Translations under genes and position numbers: made by a program
NCBI GenBank assembly: GCA_964016885.1
Contig: OZ024743.1
Span: 327,050,001-327,114,000, forward strand
From: Eledone cirrhosa
Lineage: Eukaryota
Length of the DNA: 64,000 nt
Reading direction: 5' to 3'
Part shown: piece after piece, positions 37,020-51,229 of the stretch
How the letters are laid out: each line of letters opens with the position of its first letter
How positions within the stretch are numbered: position 1 is the first letter of the stretch
Notes under the pieces: model-generated
Told to the model about the DNA's origin: nothing
The model's input: only the letters and a program-made list of their open reading frames with translations
Databases searched by the model: none

Positions 37020-37580
37020 TAATGAATTGAGAGAGAGACTGAGCATAAGAGGAATCAAATGCTGTGTGTAGGAGACGTCGTTGCGTTGGTATGGACATGT
37101 GATGCGTATGAAGGATGACAGCTGCATAAAAAGGTGCAGAGCACTAGAAGTCAATGGAAACCGTGGAGTGGGGAGACCCAAGAAGACCTGGGATGAGGTG
37201 ATAAAAGCTGACCTTACCCAATTACACCTCTCAAAGGCGATGACACACGACCGTGACCTCTGGCGTCACGCAGTAATAGTGTACCCAACCTCCCATGGGT
37301 ACAAGCTGAAGCATATAGACAATATTCCCCCACACCCTCCCACTGCAAAGTGGTCGTGGAGGGGCCACGGCTAAAAAGCATCCAGCCCACACTGTAAAGT
37401 GGACGTGTAGGCGCCACAGAAAAAAGCACCCAGCACTCACTGTAAATGAGGTTGGTGTTAGGAAGGGCATCCAGCTGTAGAAATCAAACCAAAATCAGTT
37501 CCTGTATGAGCAGGACAACCCGTCTAACCCATGCTAGCATGGAAGAACGGACGTAAAACGGTGATGATGATGATGATGAT
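37020..37580 (+). mobile_element. RTE (subfamily B) 3' end
   Basis: RWYGHVMRMKDDSCIKRC, GRPKKTW; 3' UTR; (GAT)n tail. Confidence 0.88.
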
Positions 37581-37588
37581 ATATATAT

Positions 37589-38896
37589 ATCATCATCATC
37601 ATCGTTTAACGTCCATCTTCCATGCTAGCATGGGTCTGGACGGGAATTGTCCCATTTGAGGCAAGATTGGTTATCTTTCTCATGACTGTCTGGTAGGTTT
37701 TCTACGGCTGGGTGCCCTTTCTAACACCAACCACGTTTACAGTGTGGACTGGGAGGTTTTTACCGTGTTACCTACGCGACCACATTACAGCGTGGACTGT
37801 GTGTTTTTTTGCCGTGACACCTACACGACCTCATTTATTTAGGACTGGATGTTGTGGTACCAACATAGCTTTACATCGAAAGGGGTGATGTAGATGGCGT
37901 GGCGGTAGGGGTAGTGGGACGGGGATGTATTTTGGTTAAGAGGTGCCTACTGACTGTAGGTTTTGCTTTGTATTTAGACAAGGCGGGTCTTCTGTATTAC
38001 TGCATAGCGCCAAAGATGTCGGTCCAGTGAACTGTCTTGGAGAGGTGTAAGTGTGTGAGGTCGGAATTTATCAAGTCGTCCCAGGTTTTTCTGGGTCTGC
38101 CTACTCCGTGGCTACCGTCTATTTTGATCGCCCTGCACTTTTTTTATACAGCTGTCGTCTTTCATGCACATTACGTGACCATAGTAGTCTTCTCTCGAGT
38201 AAACAGCATCTGATCCCTCTTATTCCTAATTTCTCACTTAGTTCATTTATGCTTAGCCATTCGTGCATATTACTATTACACATCCAACGGAGCATGCAAG
38301 CTTCGTTCCTCTCCAGTCTGCGTAGATCCTCTGCTCACAAGGCCCATGTCTCACTGCCATGTAACATTGCTGTTCGTATGCAGGCATCATACAGCCTGCC
38401 TTTCATTTTTAGAGAGAAACCTTTAGCGGCCAATAGTGGTATAAGCTCTCTGAACTTTTTCCATCCCATTCTGACTCTAGCTACAGTACTTTCGGAGCAC
38501 CCTCCACCACTGCTGATTTTGTCACCCAAGTAACGGAAAGTGTTTTTTCTGTAGAAGGTGTTTTTCTATAGAACCATCTGGGCAATGGAATGAGCTAGTA
38601 TTCTGTGAGAATTTGCTGCTAATTATTGCACCAGAGCACCGGCCACATATAAAATCTATATTCTTAGTTAGCATACCTGCATCTTTTATGTACCCATACT
38701 TTGCATTTGGGGCATAAAATGGAGTTTCTGCCTATTCCTTTCCTACACACTGAGCATGGCCATTTCCCAGATGGGACCAGTGCCCTATTCTCCTTCCTAC
38801 ATATTAGAACTTTAGTCTTAGACAAGTTAATTTTAAGGCCTTTTGATTCTAGGCCATGCTTCCATGTTTGGAATTTCTTCTCTAGTTCAGCCATTG

Positions 38897-38897
<1 letters not shown>
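37589..38897 (-). mobile_element. RTE (subfamily A) 3' portion
   Basis: AELEKKFQTWK, C4HC3 finger remnant, SSGGGCSES, 3' UTR; tail-to-tail with the preceding copy across (AT)n. Confidence 0.9.
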
Positions 38898-38944
<47 letters not shown>

Positions 38945-39181
38945 CATCCAGCCCACACTGTAAAGTCGTTGTGTAGGAAACATGGCAAAAGGCACTCAGC
39001 ACACATTGTAAATGTCGTTGGCGTTTGGAAGGTCACCCAGCCATAGTAATCTAGCCAGATACCGTCCTATATGAGTGAGACACAGTCACCCGACCCAACT
39101 TGCCTCTAATGGGACAAACCCGTCTAACCCAGTGTGGAAAATAGACGTTAAATGATGATAATGATGATAATGATATATATA

Positions 39182-39423
39182 TGAGATACAAATACAACTA
39201 GGAAATAAGTTTGGTTATTTGGAAGCCTCACAATGCATGCAAGATATATTTGGGATCATTGAAATTGCTAATGTATCCTATCGTTCTCATTCTTTTATCT
39301 CAATTCTTTTGTTTTTTCTTTTCTCTATTTTCTCCAATTCTTAATACGTTGCCACTTATATCTAGCATGCATTGTCGGGCTTCCAAATAACCCAACTTAT
39401 TTTTTAGTCATATTTGTATCTCA
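39182..39423. repeat. foldback / MITE-like inverted repeat
   Basis: 67-bp arms 39182-39248 and 39357-39423 (TGAGATACAAATA...GCATGCAAGATATA and its reverse complement, about 8 mismatches) around a ~108-bp spacer. Confidence 0.8.
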
Positions 39424-40274
39424 AATTCCACAATGCTTCAAGCAAACTACAACACTTCATATATATGTTTTAACTCCAGACCTTGCATTAAACATTTTTT
39501 ACAATCCTTCTTCCTCAGAGCATTGACCCTCTCATATGTGATCATCCCAACACACACTAACAACAATGCCCATCCTTTAAAAAAAGGAAAAAATTTAAAC
39601 ATTTGATACCAAACTGTCTGAAACCACCTGATTCTATAATGTATATTTTAAAGTTTTTATATTTATCTAAAAACCTTCCATCATAATTTTATGTAAGAAC
39701 ATTTCTTAAGTTATGTTCCCATCACCAGCTTATTAACGACAACGTTATATTACTAAATCCCTCCAAATTCTTGATTATTTTCAAAATTATCTGAAAACCT
39801 TCAGTAGAAAAGCTTAGAAAACAACAACAAAACAACACACTAGTGAAACATTTCCACCAGGAGAAGCTTCCAAAAACTATGTCCCACAAGGAAATCTCAG
39901 ATACACCCCTCCATCACTGCAAACAATACCAATAAAACACAGCATCAAGCAACCAAAAGAAAGAATAAAAAAAACAAATCAAAGAAAAACATTAAAACTG
40001 GCAAATTTCCACACCCAACACAAATGATAAAAAAAAGCATTAACTCTTAACGTCCTGTACCACAAGAAAATGTATTATCAAGACATCCTTTAAAAAAAAA
40101 GTACAAAAACATGCTATGATTGCATTACATTAAAAATTATAGCTTTTATCCAAATACTGCAAATTTTCATATCAATCTATCCAGCAGTAAGGCTACTATA
40201 AACATTTGAATTAAACATGTTTAGATATTTTCTACTAAATCATTACAGGATGTTAAGGGTCAAATCACTTTATA

Positions 40275-40600
40275 ATGTAATTAGAGTTGGAGATCTACCA
40301 GTTCCAACGATGAATGTTTCAATTGTTTGACCAACAGAACTGCTTGGTCATGAAATTAATGAACAAGTGGCAGAGCAATCCAGACATGCATACCTTTAAT
40401 GTAGTTCTCAGGAAGATTCAGCATGACAAAGAATATGATATGATCAGACCTCTAAATTACAGATATAACTCATTTTAACCAGCTGGGTGGATAGGAAAAC
40501 CATGGCATAAAATGCCTTGCTCAAGGACACATGTTGCCAAGTTTGAAAATCAAACTGAGGACCTTATGATTGTAAGCAATACACACTAACTGCTATCCCA
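40275..40600 (-). mobile_element. old SINE (degenerate tRNA head, CCTTGAGCAAGGCA core)
   Basis: Degenerate similarity to the H1 head; its tail is related to ~30465-30660. Confidence 0.5.
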
Positions 40601-42867
40601 GATACCCTTACAATGTAATTAGCAGCAACAGCCAAACTACATTACATATCGCAATAACAATTAAACATACACTTAAAAAAATCTTCCACAATATCACCAA
40701 TGCATACATTCTCCTTTTTCAATTTGCCACATTAACTACACTACTCACAAATCTAAGACAAAAAATACCTGATACTTCAAATACAAGATTCCAAATACCC
40801 TACACTTTAACTAAACCTGATATTAGCAAAGTTTTCAACTATTTCCTGCTACCTATACCTAAACTTCAAATCACTTGACCTGCTAGAATAGGCAGCCAAA
40901 TTTCCCTAAAATCCCACCTTACTATCTTTAAAAAGAAAGACATTCATTAATGTAGTCCTGGATGCAGAATTATCGTCATCATTTAACATCCATTCTTCCT
41001 ACTAGCAAGGGATGGACGGGTCATAACAGTACAATATATGCCTACCGAATGTAATTTCCCAAAACTACCACAATAATTTGACCTCTCATCTACTTTTTTA
41101 ACTGGACTGGGTGCTATTGTGGCACCAGCATTACCACTTTATAGAGTGTACTGGGAGGGGGCTTTATATCATGCAAGAAATAGCAACCATATCTAATAGG
41201 TGTAGACATGGCTATGTGATTAAGAAGTTTTCTTTGCAACCAATCTGCTTTCAGGTTCAATTTCACTGTATGGAACTTTGGGCAAGAATTGTCTATAGCT
41301 TCAGGGTAACCAATGATTTGTGAGTGAAATTTAGTAAATCATTACTTCACAGAAGCCTGTAGTATAGATATAGAGTTGTGTTTATCTTTATGTTGATATT
41401 GCTTACTTAAAGAAAAAAAATCAATAACTAGTGACGTTTTTTATGTCGTACATAAATATATTGTCATGCAGCTTCGCAGTTCAAAGTTCAGTAGAAAAAG
41501 TACTATACTTAAAAATAATTACAGAAAGGGCATTCGAAAGCACTACCTCAAAAAAGTATCACCTGACCCAAACCAGAATGGAAGTGGCAAATGAAAATGA
41601 TGATCTACTTCAAATTACACCCTACCATCTTAAAAAATAACAGTAAAGACTTTGATGGTCATGAGTAGGATGCCTTTTATCAGAGGTCTGCTTGACAGAA
41701 AATTTTATAATAAATAATAAATCACAAAGAGCACAAAACATTGCACTTTGTATCATCAAAGGTTGCATATATAGATAATTAAACAAAAATACTCAAAATG
41801 AAAGGTCACCTGAAAATACGAGAGAAACAATTTGCAACAATAATTCTAACCTAAACACATCTTTCCACTGCATGTTCAATAATACCAAACACATTTACAG
41901 CATTCCAGAACACCACTAGACCACCATTCATCCATCATCATTTGTTCTCCCAGCTAACAAGAATTGGATGACAGGTTTTCACAGACCAATTCAGTACTTA
42001 ATCAGATCTACTGACCTCTCTGATGGGCCTCGCGCTGCATCTCACTTACATACATTCCCGCACACTTCAGTGTCCCAAGTGCATTTTTGTTAAATGAGCA
42101 CTAGGAAGATTGGCATGTCTTTGACACAGGCGAAAGTTCATCTCAATCATTTGTTTGACAATTTATCTATGGCTGGGTACCCTTCCACCCAGTCCAGACT
42201 AATATATGCACACACACAGCAGCATCAACAACCACATTAATCCAAAACATTGACTTGAGATGCACTACTACCATAAATGCAAAAGAACAGCAATTAATCC
42301 TTCCTGCTAACTTCAACTATTACAACCACCAGAACCTGTAGATATAGATTGGACTGAACAGTGTAGGAAACACACCATGATCAGACTATTGCCACCACAA
42401 AAGCCAGTAGATAAATATAACTTGACTAGACAGTGGAGAAAATACACCATTATCAGACTATAACACATGACAGTATATTGGAAGAGGGGGTTCTCAAATG
42501 GAAGTGCGTTATATCTGAAGTGCCAGATCATACATACCTAACACTGCACCACATGACAGTGTATTGGAGACGGTTCTCAATGAAATGAAGGTATGTTATG
42601 TCTAGGGTGCAGGATCATGCATAACCTGTCAATAAACTGACAATGTAGCATAGCACAGTTTGATGAAGGCTACTGGCAACTACACTATACACTACTACAG
42701 GCATACAGAAACAGCTTGTACAGTGGAATACAACATACCACCACATACTATATGTAAATGCTGTATATAAACATATGTTCACCTCAACCTGACAGGTATG
42801 CTTAGAACACCAGTTTGTGGATCATAGTAAGTCAATCAGTCAGCTGTCTATGTGATATATATATATC

Positions 42868-45800
42868 TCATCATCATCGTTTAACGTCCCATGCTAGCAT
42901 GGGTTAGACGGGATTGTCCCACTTGAGGCATGATTGGCCAGATGACCGTGTCTCGCTCAAATAGAACTACATCTGGCAGGTTTTGTATGGTGGGGTGCCC
43001 TTCCTAACACCAACCACATTTACATTGTGGACTGGGAGCCTTTTTACCATGTCTCCTACACGACACATTACAGTGTGGACTGGATGTTCAGTGGTACCAA
43101 CATAACTTTACGGAGAAAGGGTGGTGTGGGTGGAAGTGGGAGGATGAAGTAGGGGTACTGGAGTGGGGTTGTATATTTGGTTAAAAGGTGCCTACTGACT
43201 GTAGGTTTAACTTCATACATAAGGGAAGGTAGGTTTTCTGTATTACTGCATAGCGCCAAAGGTCTCGGTCCAGTGACATTGTCTTAGAGAGGTGTAAGTG
43301 TGTAAGGTCGGATTTTATCAAGTCATCCCAGGTTTTTCTGAGTTTACCTACTCCATAGCTTCCGGCAATTTTGATCGCCCTGCACTTTTTAATACAGCTG
43401 TCGTCTTTCAACTGCATCACATCACCATACCAACGTAATCTCCTCTCAAGTAAACTGCATCTGATCCCTCTTATTCCTAATTTCTCACTTAGTTCATTTA
43501 TGTTTTTCCGTTCATGTATTACACATCCAACAGAGCATGCATGCTTTGTTCCTTTCAATCTGCGCAGATCCTCTGCACACAATGCCCAGGTGTCACTGCC
43601 ATGTTCGTATATAAACATCATACTGTTCGTATACAAGCATCATACAATCTGCCTTTCATTTTCCGGAAGAAACATTTTGTGACCAACCCAACCCGTTCTA
43701 ACTCTGGCTAACTTTGTTCCTTTCCAGTCTGCGCAGATCCTCTGCACACAATGCCCATGTCTCACTGCCATGTAACATAGCTGTTCGTATGCAGGCATCA
43801 TACAGTCTGCCTTTCATTGTTAGAGAGAAACCTTTTGTGGCCAACAGCGGTATAAGCTCTCTGAATTTTTTTTCATCCCGTTCTGACTGGCTTTCAGAGC
43901 ACCCTCCACCACTGCTGATTTTGTCACCCAGCTAACGGAAAGTGTCCACTATTTCTATAAAACCATCTGGGCAATAGAAGGAGCTAGTATCCTGTGGGCA
44001 CTTGCTACTTGTTGCACCCGAGCAAACTGCATTTCATCTAGATCAATTCGATCTCTGATGAGTTGTGCTATAACTCTTTCTGTGACCTTCATGACCTGGT
44101 CAACTAACTTAATGCCTCTATAGTTTCCCCCTATCTAGAGCATCTCCTTTACCCTTGTAGCAGTTAATGATGATGTTGCTACGCCAGTCATTTGGTATGA
44201 CCCCATTCTGTATTACTTGGTTTACTATCCGAGTGACCATAGTATGTCGTCTCACCATTCCAGATGCCTTCAACATCTCAGCAACTATGTCTGAAGGCCC
44301 AGCTGCCTTGTCTGTCTTCATATCTTCGATTGCCTTACTTATTATACTACCTTTAACTTGCACCGCTGGTCCTATTGGATTGATGTAGGGCAGACTATCT
44401 TTTTCCCATTTATTCTCCTCATTTAGTAGTCTCTCGTAGTGACACTTCCAAGCTACCTTCTTATCAGTATCAGTGAGGGCAAGTACACCATTATCATTAC
44501 GGACACACTTCGCCCCGACAACAGCAGTTTTCCTTGACACATTATCTTACAACCCTGAACACCTCATGTTTTTGGTCCTCACGTTGTAGAACATGCTTGA
44601 ACTTTCTATCCTCTACTTACCTTCTTGCAAAGTACACTTGTCTCCTAGCTTCTCTCCTGGCCACTTGATAGTGTTCTCTACTTGCCCCATCCCGCCATAC
44701 TTTCCAAGCCTGTTTTTGGCCTTGCTTGTCTCCTTCACCTTACTGTTCCACCACCAAGTTACTCTCCTCCTGCCTATAAGTCTGCTCCAGCCACAGATTT
44801 CATCCGTCGCCTTCAGCAGGTTAACTTTCAAGAATTCCCACTGTTCCTCTATAATGAACGTTTCTAATTGCTCTTCCTTACTGTCGAAAGCATCAAGTAA
44901 TAAGCTTTTAAATTTGTCACTGGCTGTGGGGTCCTTCAACTTCCATATTCTTCTCCTCAAGGTAATCCTACTCTGTCGCCGAGTACGTCTAATCCTGACT
45001 ATGAGGTAACTAACTACTAGGCTATGTTGGGAGGTGCATTCTTCACGGGGGAGAGATTTAGTGTTTACAACAGACACTTTGTCACGTCTTCTAGTAAGGA
45101 TATAATCTATCTGGCTGGCGTATTCCTCCAATCTATAGGTTATCAAGTGATTGTCTCATTCTTTGAAGTTTGTGTTACAGATAGTTGGGTAATTAGCGTC
45201 ACAGAATTCCAGGATTCAGAAGCCTTCCTCATTTTTAGTACCAAACCCATAGCCTCCATGGATTCCAACATAGCCATCACTATGTTGTCCAACGTGACCA
45301 TTTAGGTCGCCAACAATAATTAGGTAGTCGCTGTCGATTATTTGGGAGGTAGTGTGCATTAGTGACTCATAGAACCTGTCTTTTATAATATCAGGTAAAC
45401 CAGATTGTGGTGCATAAGCGGATATTATTGTCACAGTAGTTCTATTTAGAACTAGTCTTATTTTAATTATTCTGTCGTTCACGCTATTTACGTCAATTAC
45501 CTTATCTACCCATTTTTCTGCTAACATAATTCCTACTCCACCCAGTCCGTTGTCATTTCCCACCCAGAAAAGTTTATAGCATCATTTTTTATCCACAATG
45601 AATCTAGCAGACCCACCTCTCCACCTAGTCTCTTGAACACAACAAACATCAACTTCCTTATGTTCAAGCATCTCTACAACCTCATTTAAGTGACCTTTCA
45701 ATGTGCCTACATTCATGGTGCTAACTCTGAAGTTGGGAGGGTGGAATGGATGGGTTGGATGGGCAGGGAGGGGTGTGGGAGACGGAATTATGTTGGTCAT

Positions 45801-46307
45801 CCATGTCTGAAATAAAGAGGGGTCCTTGCATTCTCGTCCTGCAGCAGAAGGTGAATTTATCTTTATCTGTGACATTGTCATTGAATTGTCAGACTTTCCA
45901 AATTCCGCAGTCCACTTAGCAAACCGATAAAACAACCAGGTCTAAACTTAAGGAGTAATAACCGAGGTGGTGGGTTTGCTATACAGATTGGTAAGAGAAC
46001 TTACTATAAACCGCTGAGTTATGATTAGACCAAATAGCAATGGTGGTGTGGGAGGGTGGGAAATGGGTAACTTTAGGATAAGTTTAGTTACTAGGAAGGG
46101 TCCAACAGAATGAGGTATATTATTAAAAACATGTGAAATATTAATTGAAAATCCATGAGAAAAATGGAGATTAGATTCTAAACAGACATAAATAACAGAT
46201 TAAATGACACTGATCAAATGGACTACGGAAAATGCAAAGACAGAAAAAAGTGGTTTGCTTACATTTCTCAAATCGACAATTCGGCCGTAAATAGAGATTA
46301 GATAGGA
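42868..46307 (-). mobile_element. RTE-clade LINE (subfamily A) with 5' UTR; RT core deleted
   Basis: 5' UTR homologous to 25003-25650; APE ORFs 45216-45935; jumps from LDEMQF to the post-finger region at ~44025; tail at ~42868. Confidence 0.92.
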
Positions 46308-46363
46308 TATGTCTGTGTATATATATATATATGTCTGTGTGTGTGTATATTTATATATATATA

Positions 46364-46404
<41 letters not shown>

Positions 46405-46435
<31 letters not shown>

Positions 46436-46900
46436 GGTTTAGCGTCCGTGTTCCACGCTTGCATGGGTTTGGACGGGGGTTTTCCCACTTGAGGCAAGAG
46501 TGGTTGTCTTGCTCGCATAGGACTGTCTGGCGGGTTTTCTACAGTTGGATGCCCTTCCTAACACCAACCACATTTACAGTGTGGGGCTGGGAGGTTTTTA
46601 CCGTGTTGCCTACACGGCCACATTACAGCGTGGACTGTCTGGCGGGTTTTCTACAGCTGGATGCCCTTCCTAACACCAACCACATTTACAGTGTGGGGCT
46701 GGGAGGTTTTTACCGTGTTGCCTACACGGCCACATTTACAGCGTGGACTGTGTGTTTTTTGTCGTGACACCTACACGATCTCATTTGTTTCGGCCTGGAT
46801 GTTGTGGGACCAACATAACTTTACATTGAAAGGGGTGGTGTGGGTGGGGTGGAGGTGGTGGGACGGGGGTGTGTTTTGATAGAGGTGCCTACTGACTGTA
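46405..46900 (-). mobile_element. RTE (subfamily A) 3' UTR with internal ~112-bp tandem duplication
   Basis: (CAT)n tail; unit GGACTGTCTGGCGGG...ACAGCGT repeated at 46520-46631 and 46632-46744. Confidence 0.88.
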
Positions 46901-46940
46901 GTATATATATATATATACATATATATATACTTGTATATAC

Positions 46941-47023
<83 letters not shown>

Positions 47024-47040
47024 TATATACTTGTATATAC

Positions 47041-47076
<36 letters not shown>

Positions 47077-47086
47077 TTGTATATAC

Positions 47087-47131
<45 letters not shown>

Positions 47132-47148
47132 TATATACTTGTATATAC

Positions 47149-47201
<53 letters not shown>

Positions 47202-47230
47202 CATATATATATACTTGTATATACATATAC
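46901..47230. repeat. (TA)n microsatellite with higher-order unit (TA)nCA(TA)5CTTGTATATACATGTG
   Basis: CTTGTATATACAT recurs five times among TA runs. Confidence 0.9.
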
Positions 47231-48829
47231 GCTAGCATGGGTTAGACGGGAGTTGTCCCACTTGAGGCAAGATTGGTCGGGTGACAGTGTCTCACTAGTA
47301 TAGGACTATCAGGCAGGTTTTCTATGGCTGGATGCCCTTCCTAACGCCAACCACATTTACAGTGTGGACTGGAAACTTTTTACCGTGTTACCGACGTGGC
47401 TGTGTGTTTTTTTGTCGTGACACCTACACAATCTCATTTAGTTTGGACTGGATGTTGTGGTACCAACATAACTTTATAGCGAATGGGTGGTGTTGGCGGG
47501 AGTGGGATGATGGAGTAGGGTAGTGGTTTGGGTGTGTTTGGTTTGGAGGGGCCTACTGACTGTAGGTTAACTTTGCATGTAGGGGAGGCGGGTCTTCTGT
47601 AATACTGCATGCCGCTAGAGATCTCGGTCCAGTGACATTGTCTTACAGAGGTGCAAGTGTGCAAGGCCAGACTTTATCATGTCGTCGCAGGTTTTTCTGG
47701 GTCTATCTACTCCGTAACTTCCCTCAATTTTGATCGCCCTGCACTTTTTTATACAGCTGTCATCTTTTATGCACATCACGTGACCGTACCGATGTAATCT
47801 TCTCTCGAGTAAACAGCATCTGATCCCTCTTATTCCTAATTTCTCACTTAGATCATTTATGTTTAACCATTCGTGTATATTACTATTACACATCCAACGG
47901 AGCATGCAAGCTTCGTTCCTTTCCAGTGTGCGCAGGTCCTCTGCACACAATGTCCATGTCTCACTACCATGTAACATTGCTGTTCATATACAAGCATCAT
48001 ACAATCTGCTTTTCATTTTCAGAGAGAAACCTTTTGTGGCCAACAGCGGTATAAGCTCTCTGAACTTTTTCCATTACGTTCTGATTCTGGCTACTGTACT
48101 TTCAGAACACCCACCACCACTGCTGATTTTGTCACCCAGGTAACAGAAAGTGTCCACCATCTGGGCAGTTGAAGGAGCTAGTATCTTGTGGACATTTGCT
48201 ACTTATTGCACCTGAGCATCGGCCACATATAAAATCTACGTTCTTAGATAGCTTGCCTGTGATCCCAATACTGTGATCCCATAATTTGCAGTTGGGATAT
48301 AGAGTGGAATTTCTACTTACTCCATTCCTACATACTGAGCATGGCCATTTCCCAGAGGGCACTTGTGCCCTAATTTCCTTTCTACATACTAGAACTTTAG
48401 TCTTAGACAAGTTAACTTTAAGGCCTTTTGATTCTAGGGCATGCTTCCATGTTTGGAATTTCTTCTCGAGTTCAGCCATAGATTCAGCTATGAGAGTTAG
48501 ATCATCTGCGTATAGAAGTTCCCATGGGCAGATGGTCTTAAACTCCTCTGTTATAGCCTGAAGAGCAATAATAAACAGGAGGGGGCTAAGGACAGAGCCT
48601 TGATGAACACCGACTTTTACGCTAAATTCTTCACTATAGTCATTATTAATTCTAACCTTACTGACTGTATCTTTATACATGGCTTTTATAGATCTCAGGA
48701 GCCATTCCTCTACTCCTAGCTTTCTAAGGGCACACCAGATAATGGAGCGTCGGACTGTCAAAGGCTTTCTCCAAGTCAACAAAAGGTAAGTAGAGGGGTT
48801 TGCTTTTAGCTAGGTACTTCTCCTGTAGT

Positions 48830-48830
<1 letters not shown>
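47231..48830 (-). mobile_element. RTE (subfamily A-related) RT to 3' UTR
   Basis: ORFs 48132-48782 (GVHQGSVLSPLLF, ELLYADDL) and 47615-47977. Confidence 0.9.
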
Positions 48831-48864
<34 letters not shown>

Positions 48865-48883
48865 GTATATATGTATATATATA

Positions 48884-48916
<33 letters not shown>

Positions 48917-48919
48917 GTA

Positions 48920-50990
48920 TATCATCGACATCATCATCATTTTACGTCCGCTCTTCCCTGCTTGCAAGGGTGGGACGGCTCTTATTCAGCACAGTATCTC
49001 TCGAACTTGTCACCGTCCATCGTCATCTCCACCGTGAGCTTCAGCGATCTGAGGTCTGTTCTCACCACCACCGCTCATGTTTTTCGTGGTTTACCTCTAC
49101 CACGTCTTCCTTCAACTGGCATTTCCTGGCACTTCTTCACCCATCGGTCATCCTCCATGCGCATCACATAGAGGTACGCTATCAAAGACCTTCTCTAGGT
49201 CAACAAAGGCTAAGTATAGTGGCTTATTTTTCTCTAAGAACCTCTCTTGCAATTGTCTCAGCAAGAAGAGGGCATCTGTTGTACTCTTCCCAGGCACAAA
49301 ACCAAACTGCATCTCATCTAGTTTGACCCTTTCTCTAATTAGTTGTGCTAATATCCTTTCTGCCACTTTCATAACCTGATCCATCAGTTTTATACCCCTA
49401 TAATTGCTCCTCTCCAGAGCATCCCCTTTACCTTTGTAGCAATTTATGAGAATACTGCTGCACAAGTCTTTGGGTATGACACCACCATATATAGCCTGAT
49501 TGTTGAGGCGTGCAACCAGTTTAGTGCCTACGTCCCCTGATGCCTTCAGCATCTCAGCAACTATTCCCGATGGTCCAGCAGCCTTACCATTTTTCATTTC
49601 CTTAATCGCCTCTTGGACCCTATATTCGTCAATCTCAATAGCTGGTCCCTCTGTCGGATCTACTGAGGGTAATTTCTCTCTCTCCCTTCGTTCTCCACAT
49701 TCATCAGTCTCTCATAATGACATTTCCAGGCCTCCTTTTTCTGATCATTCGTGACACTAAGTACACCGGCGTCATTCCGGACACATTTATCTCCAACAAC
49801 ATCCTAATTTACATTGACACACTGACTTGCAATGTGGAACACCACACGCCTCTGATCTTCCCGTCGCAGAACATTGGCAAACCTCCTACTCACAGCCTCC
49901 CTGCATGCTAAGTACACCTGACATCTAGCTTCTCTCTTAGCGGCTGTATATCCTTCCCTACTCCCACCCTTTTTCCAAGCCTTCCATGCTAGTCTTTTGT
50001 CTCTAATGGCCATATCTACTGTGCTGTTCCACCACCAGGTCACTCTCTGTCTGGTTGGAGCCACAAGTTTCATCAGTAGCCTGCAGTAAGTTGTGACGTA
50101 AGAAATTCCAGTTATCTATGTCATACGTCTCTAAATCGTCTTCTTTTTCGTCATACACATCTTGAAGGGCTTTCCTAAATTTGTATTTTAGTGAAAGGTC
50201 TTTTAGCTTCCAGACCTCTCTTGTCCACACCTTCCTGTATGTCTCATTCCATCTCTTGCTTACTGAGATATCACTAACGAGTAACCTATGCTGTGGGGTA
50301 CATTCTTCCCCAGGGTATGCCTTGGTATTATTAGACACTATCTGCCTGTCCTGCTGCCTAACTAGTAAGAAGTCAATCTGGTTTATGTGCTCGCCAGATT
50401 TGTAGGTTATTAGGTGGTTGGCAGGTTTCTGGAAGTTTGTGTTGCAAATAGTCAGTGTACTTGCATCACAAAATTCAAGAAGTCTCACTCCATTTCTTGA
50501 GCCGTAACCGTGCCCACCATGTAGACCAGTGTAACCATCCTGGAGCTGTCCAATATGACCATTGAAGTCCCCTGCTAGCATAACGATGTCTCCGTCCTCT
50601 GTCATTGCGGTTGTTTGAAAAAAGTTGCTTGTAAAAGCAGTCTTTCTCATCTTTGCCTAGGCCTGCTTGGGGAGCATAGGCAGAGATGATTGTCAGTAGT
50701 CTCCTGCCTACAACTAATCTAAGCTTAATTATTCGATTACTAACTCGAACTACCTCTATTGTCTTATTGATCCATCTCTCAGCCAGGAAAATGCCTACTC
50801 CCCCTAACCCATCATCCTTACCTATCCAGAAAAGCTTATAGCTAAGATGTTTGCCTACGACTAGTCTCGCAGAGGCACCTCTCCATCTCACCTCTTGCAC
50901 GCATCCACATGCCTTCTCTCCAGCATCTCCGCTATTACAGCAGATCTACCTCTGAGAGTGCCAACATTAAGTGTTGCAACTCTGAGATGC
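48920..50990 (-). mobile_element. RTE (subfamily C), internally deleted
   Basis: Collinear with 17751-20549; deletion joins LEKVFD directly to VMRMEDDRW at ~49170. Confidence 0.9.
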
Positions 50991-51176
50991 GACATCTTCA
51001 TATTTTGTTGTTGTTCCTATTTGTTGCTGTGCTGATAAGCGTTTTAGCATTGATACTGGTTGGATGCCCTTCCTAACACCAGCACCACTTTACAGCATGG
51101 TGCTTTTGTTTGTGCCACCAGCACTATGTGTATATGTATATATGTATATGTGTATATGTATATATATATGTATATA

Positions 51177-51226
<50 letters not shown>

Positions 51227-51229
51227 TAG

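Noticed and set aside
46901-47230. CRISPR-like repeat/spacer appearance
   Set aside because: Spacers are only TA runs; eukaryotic context and no cas genes
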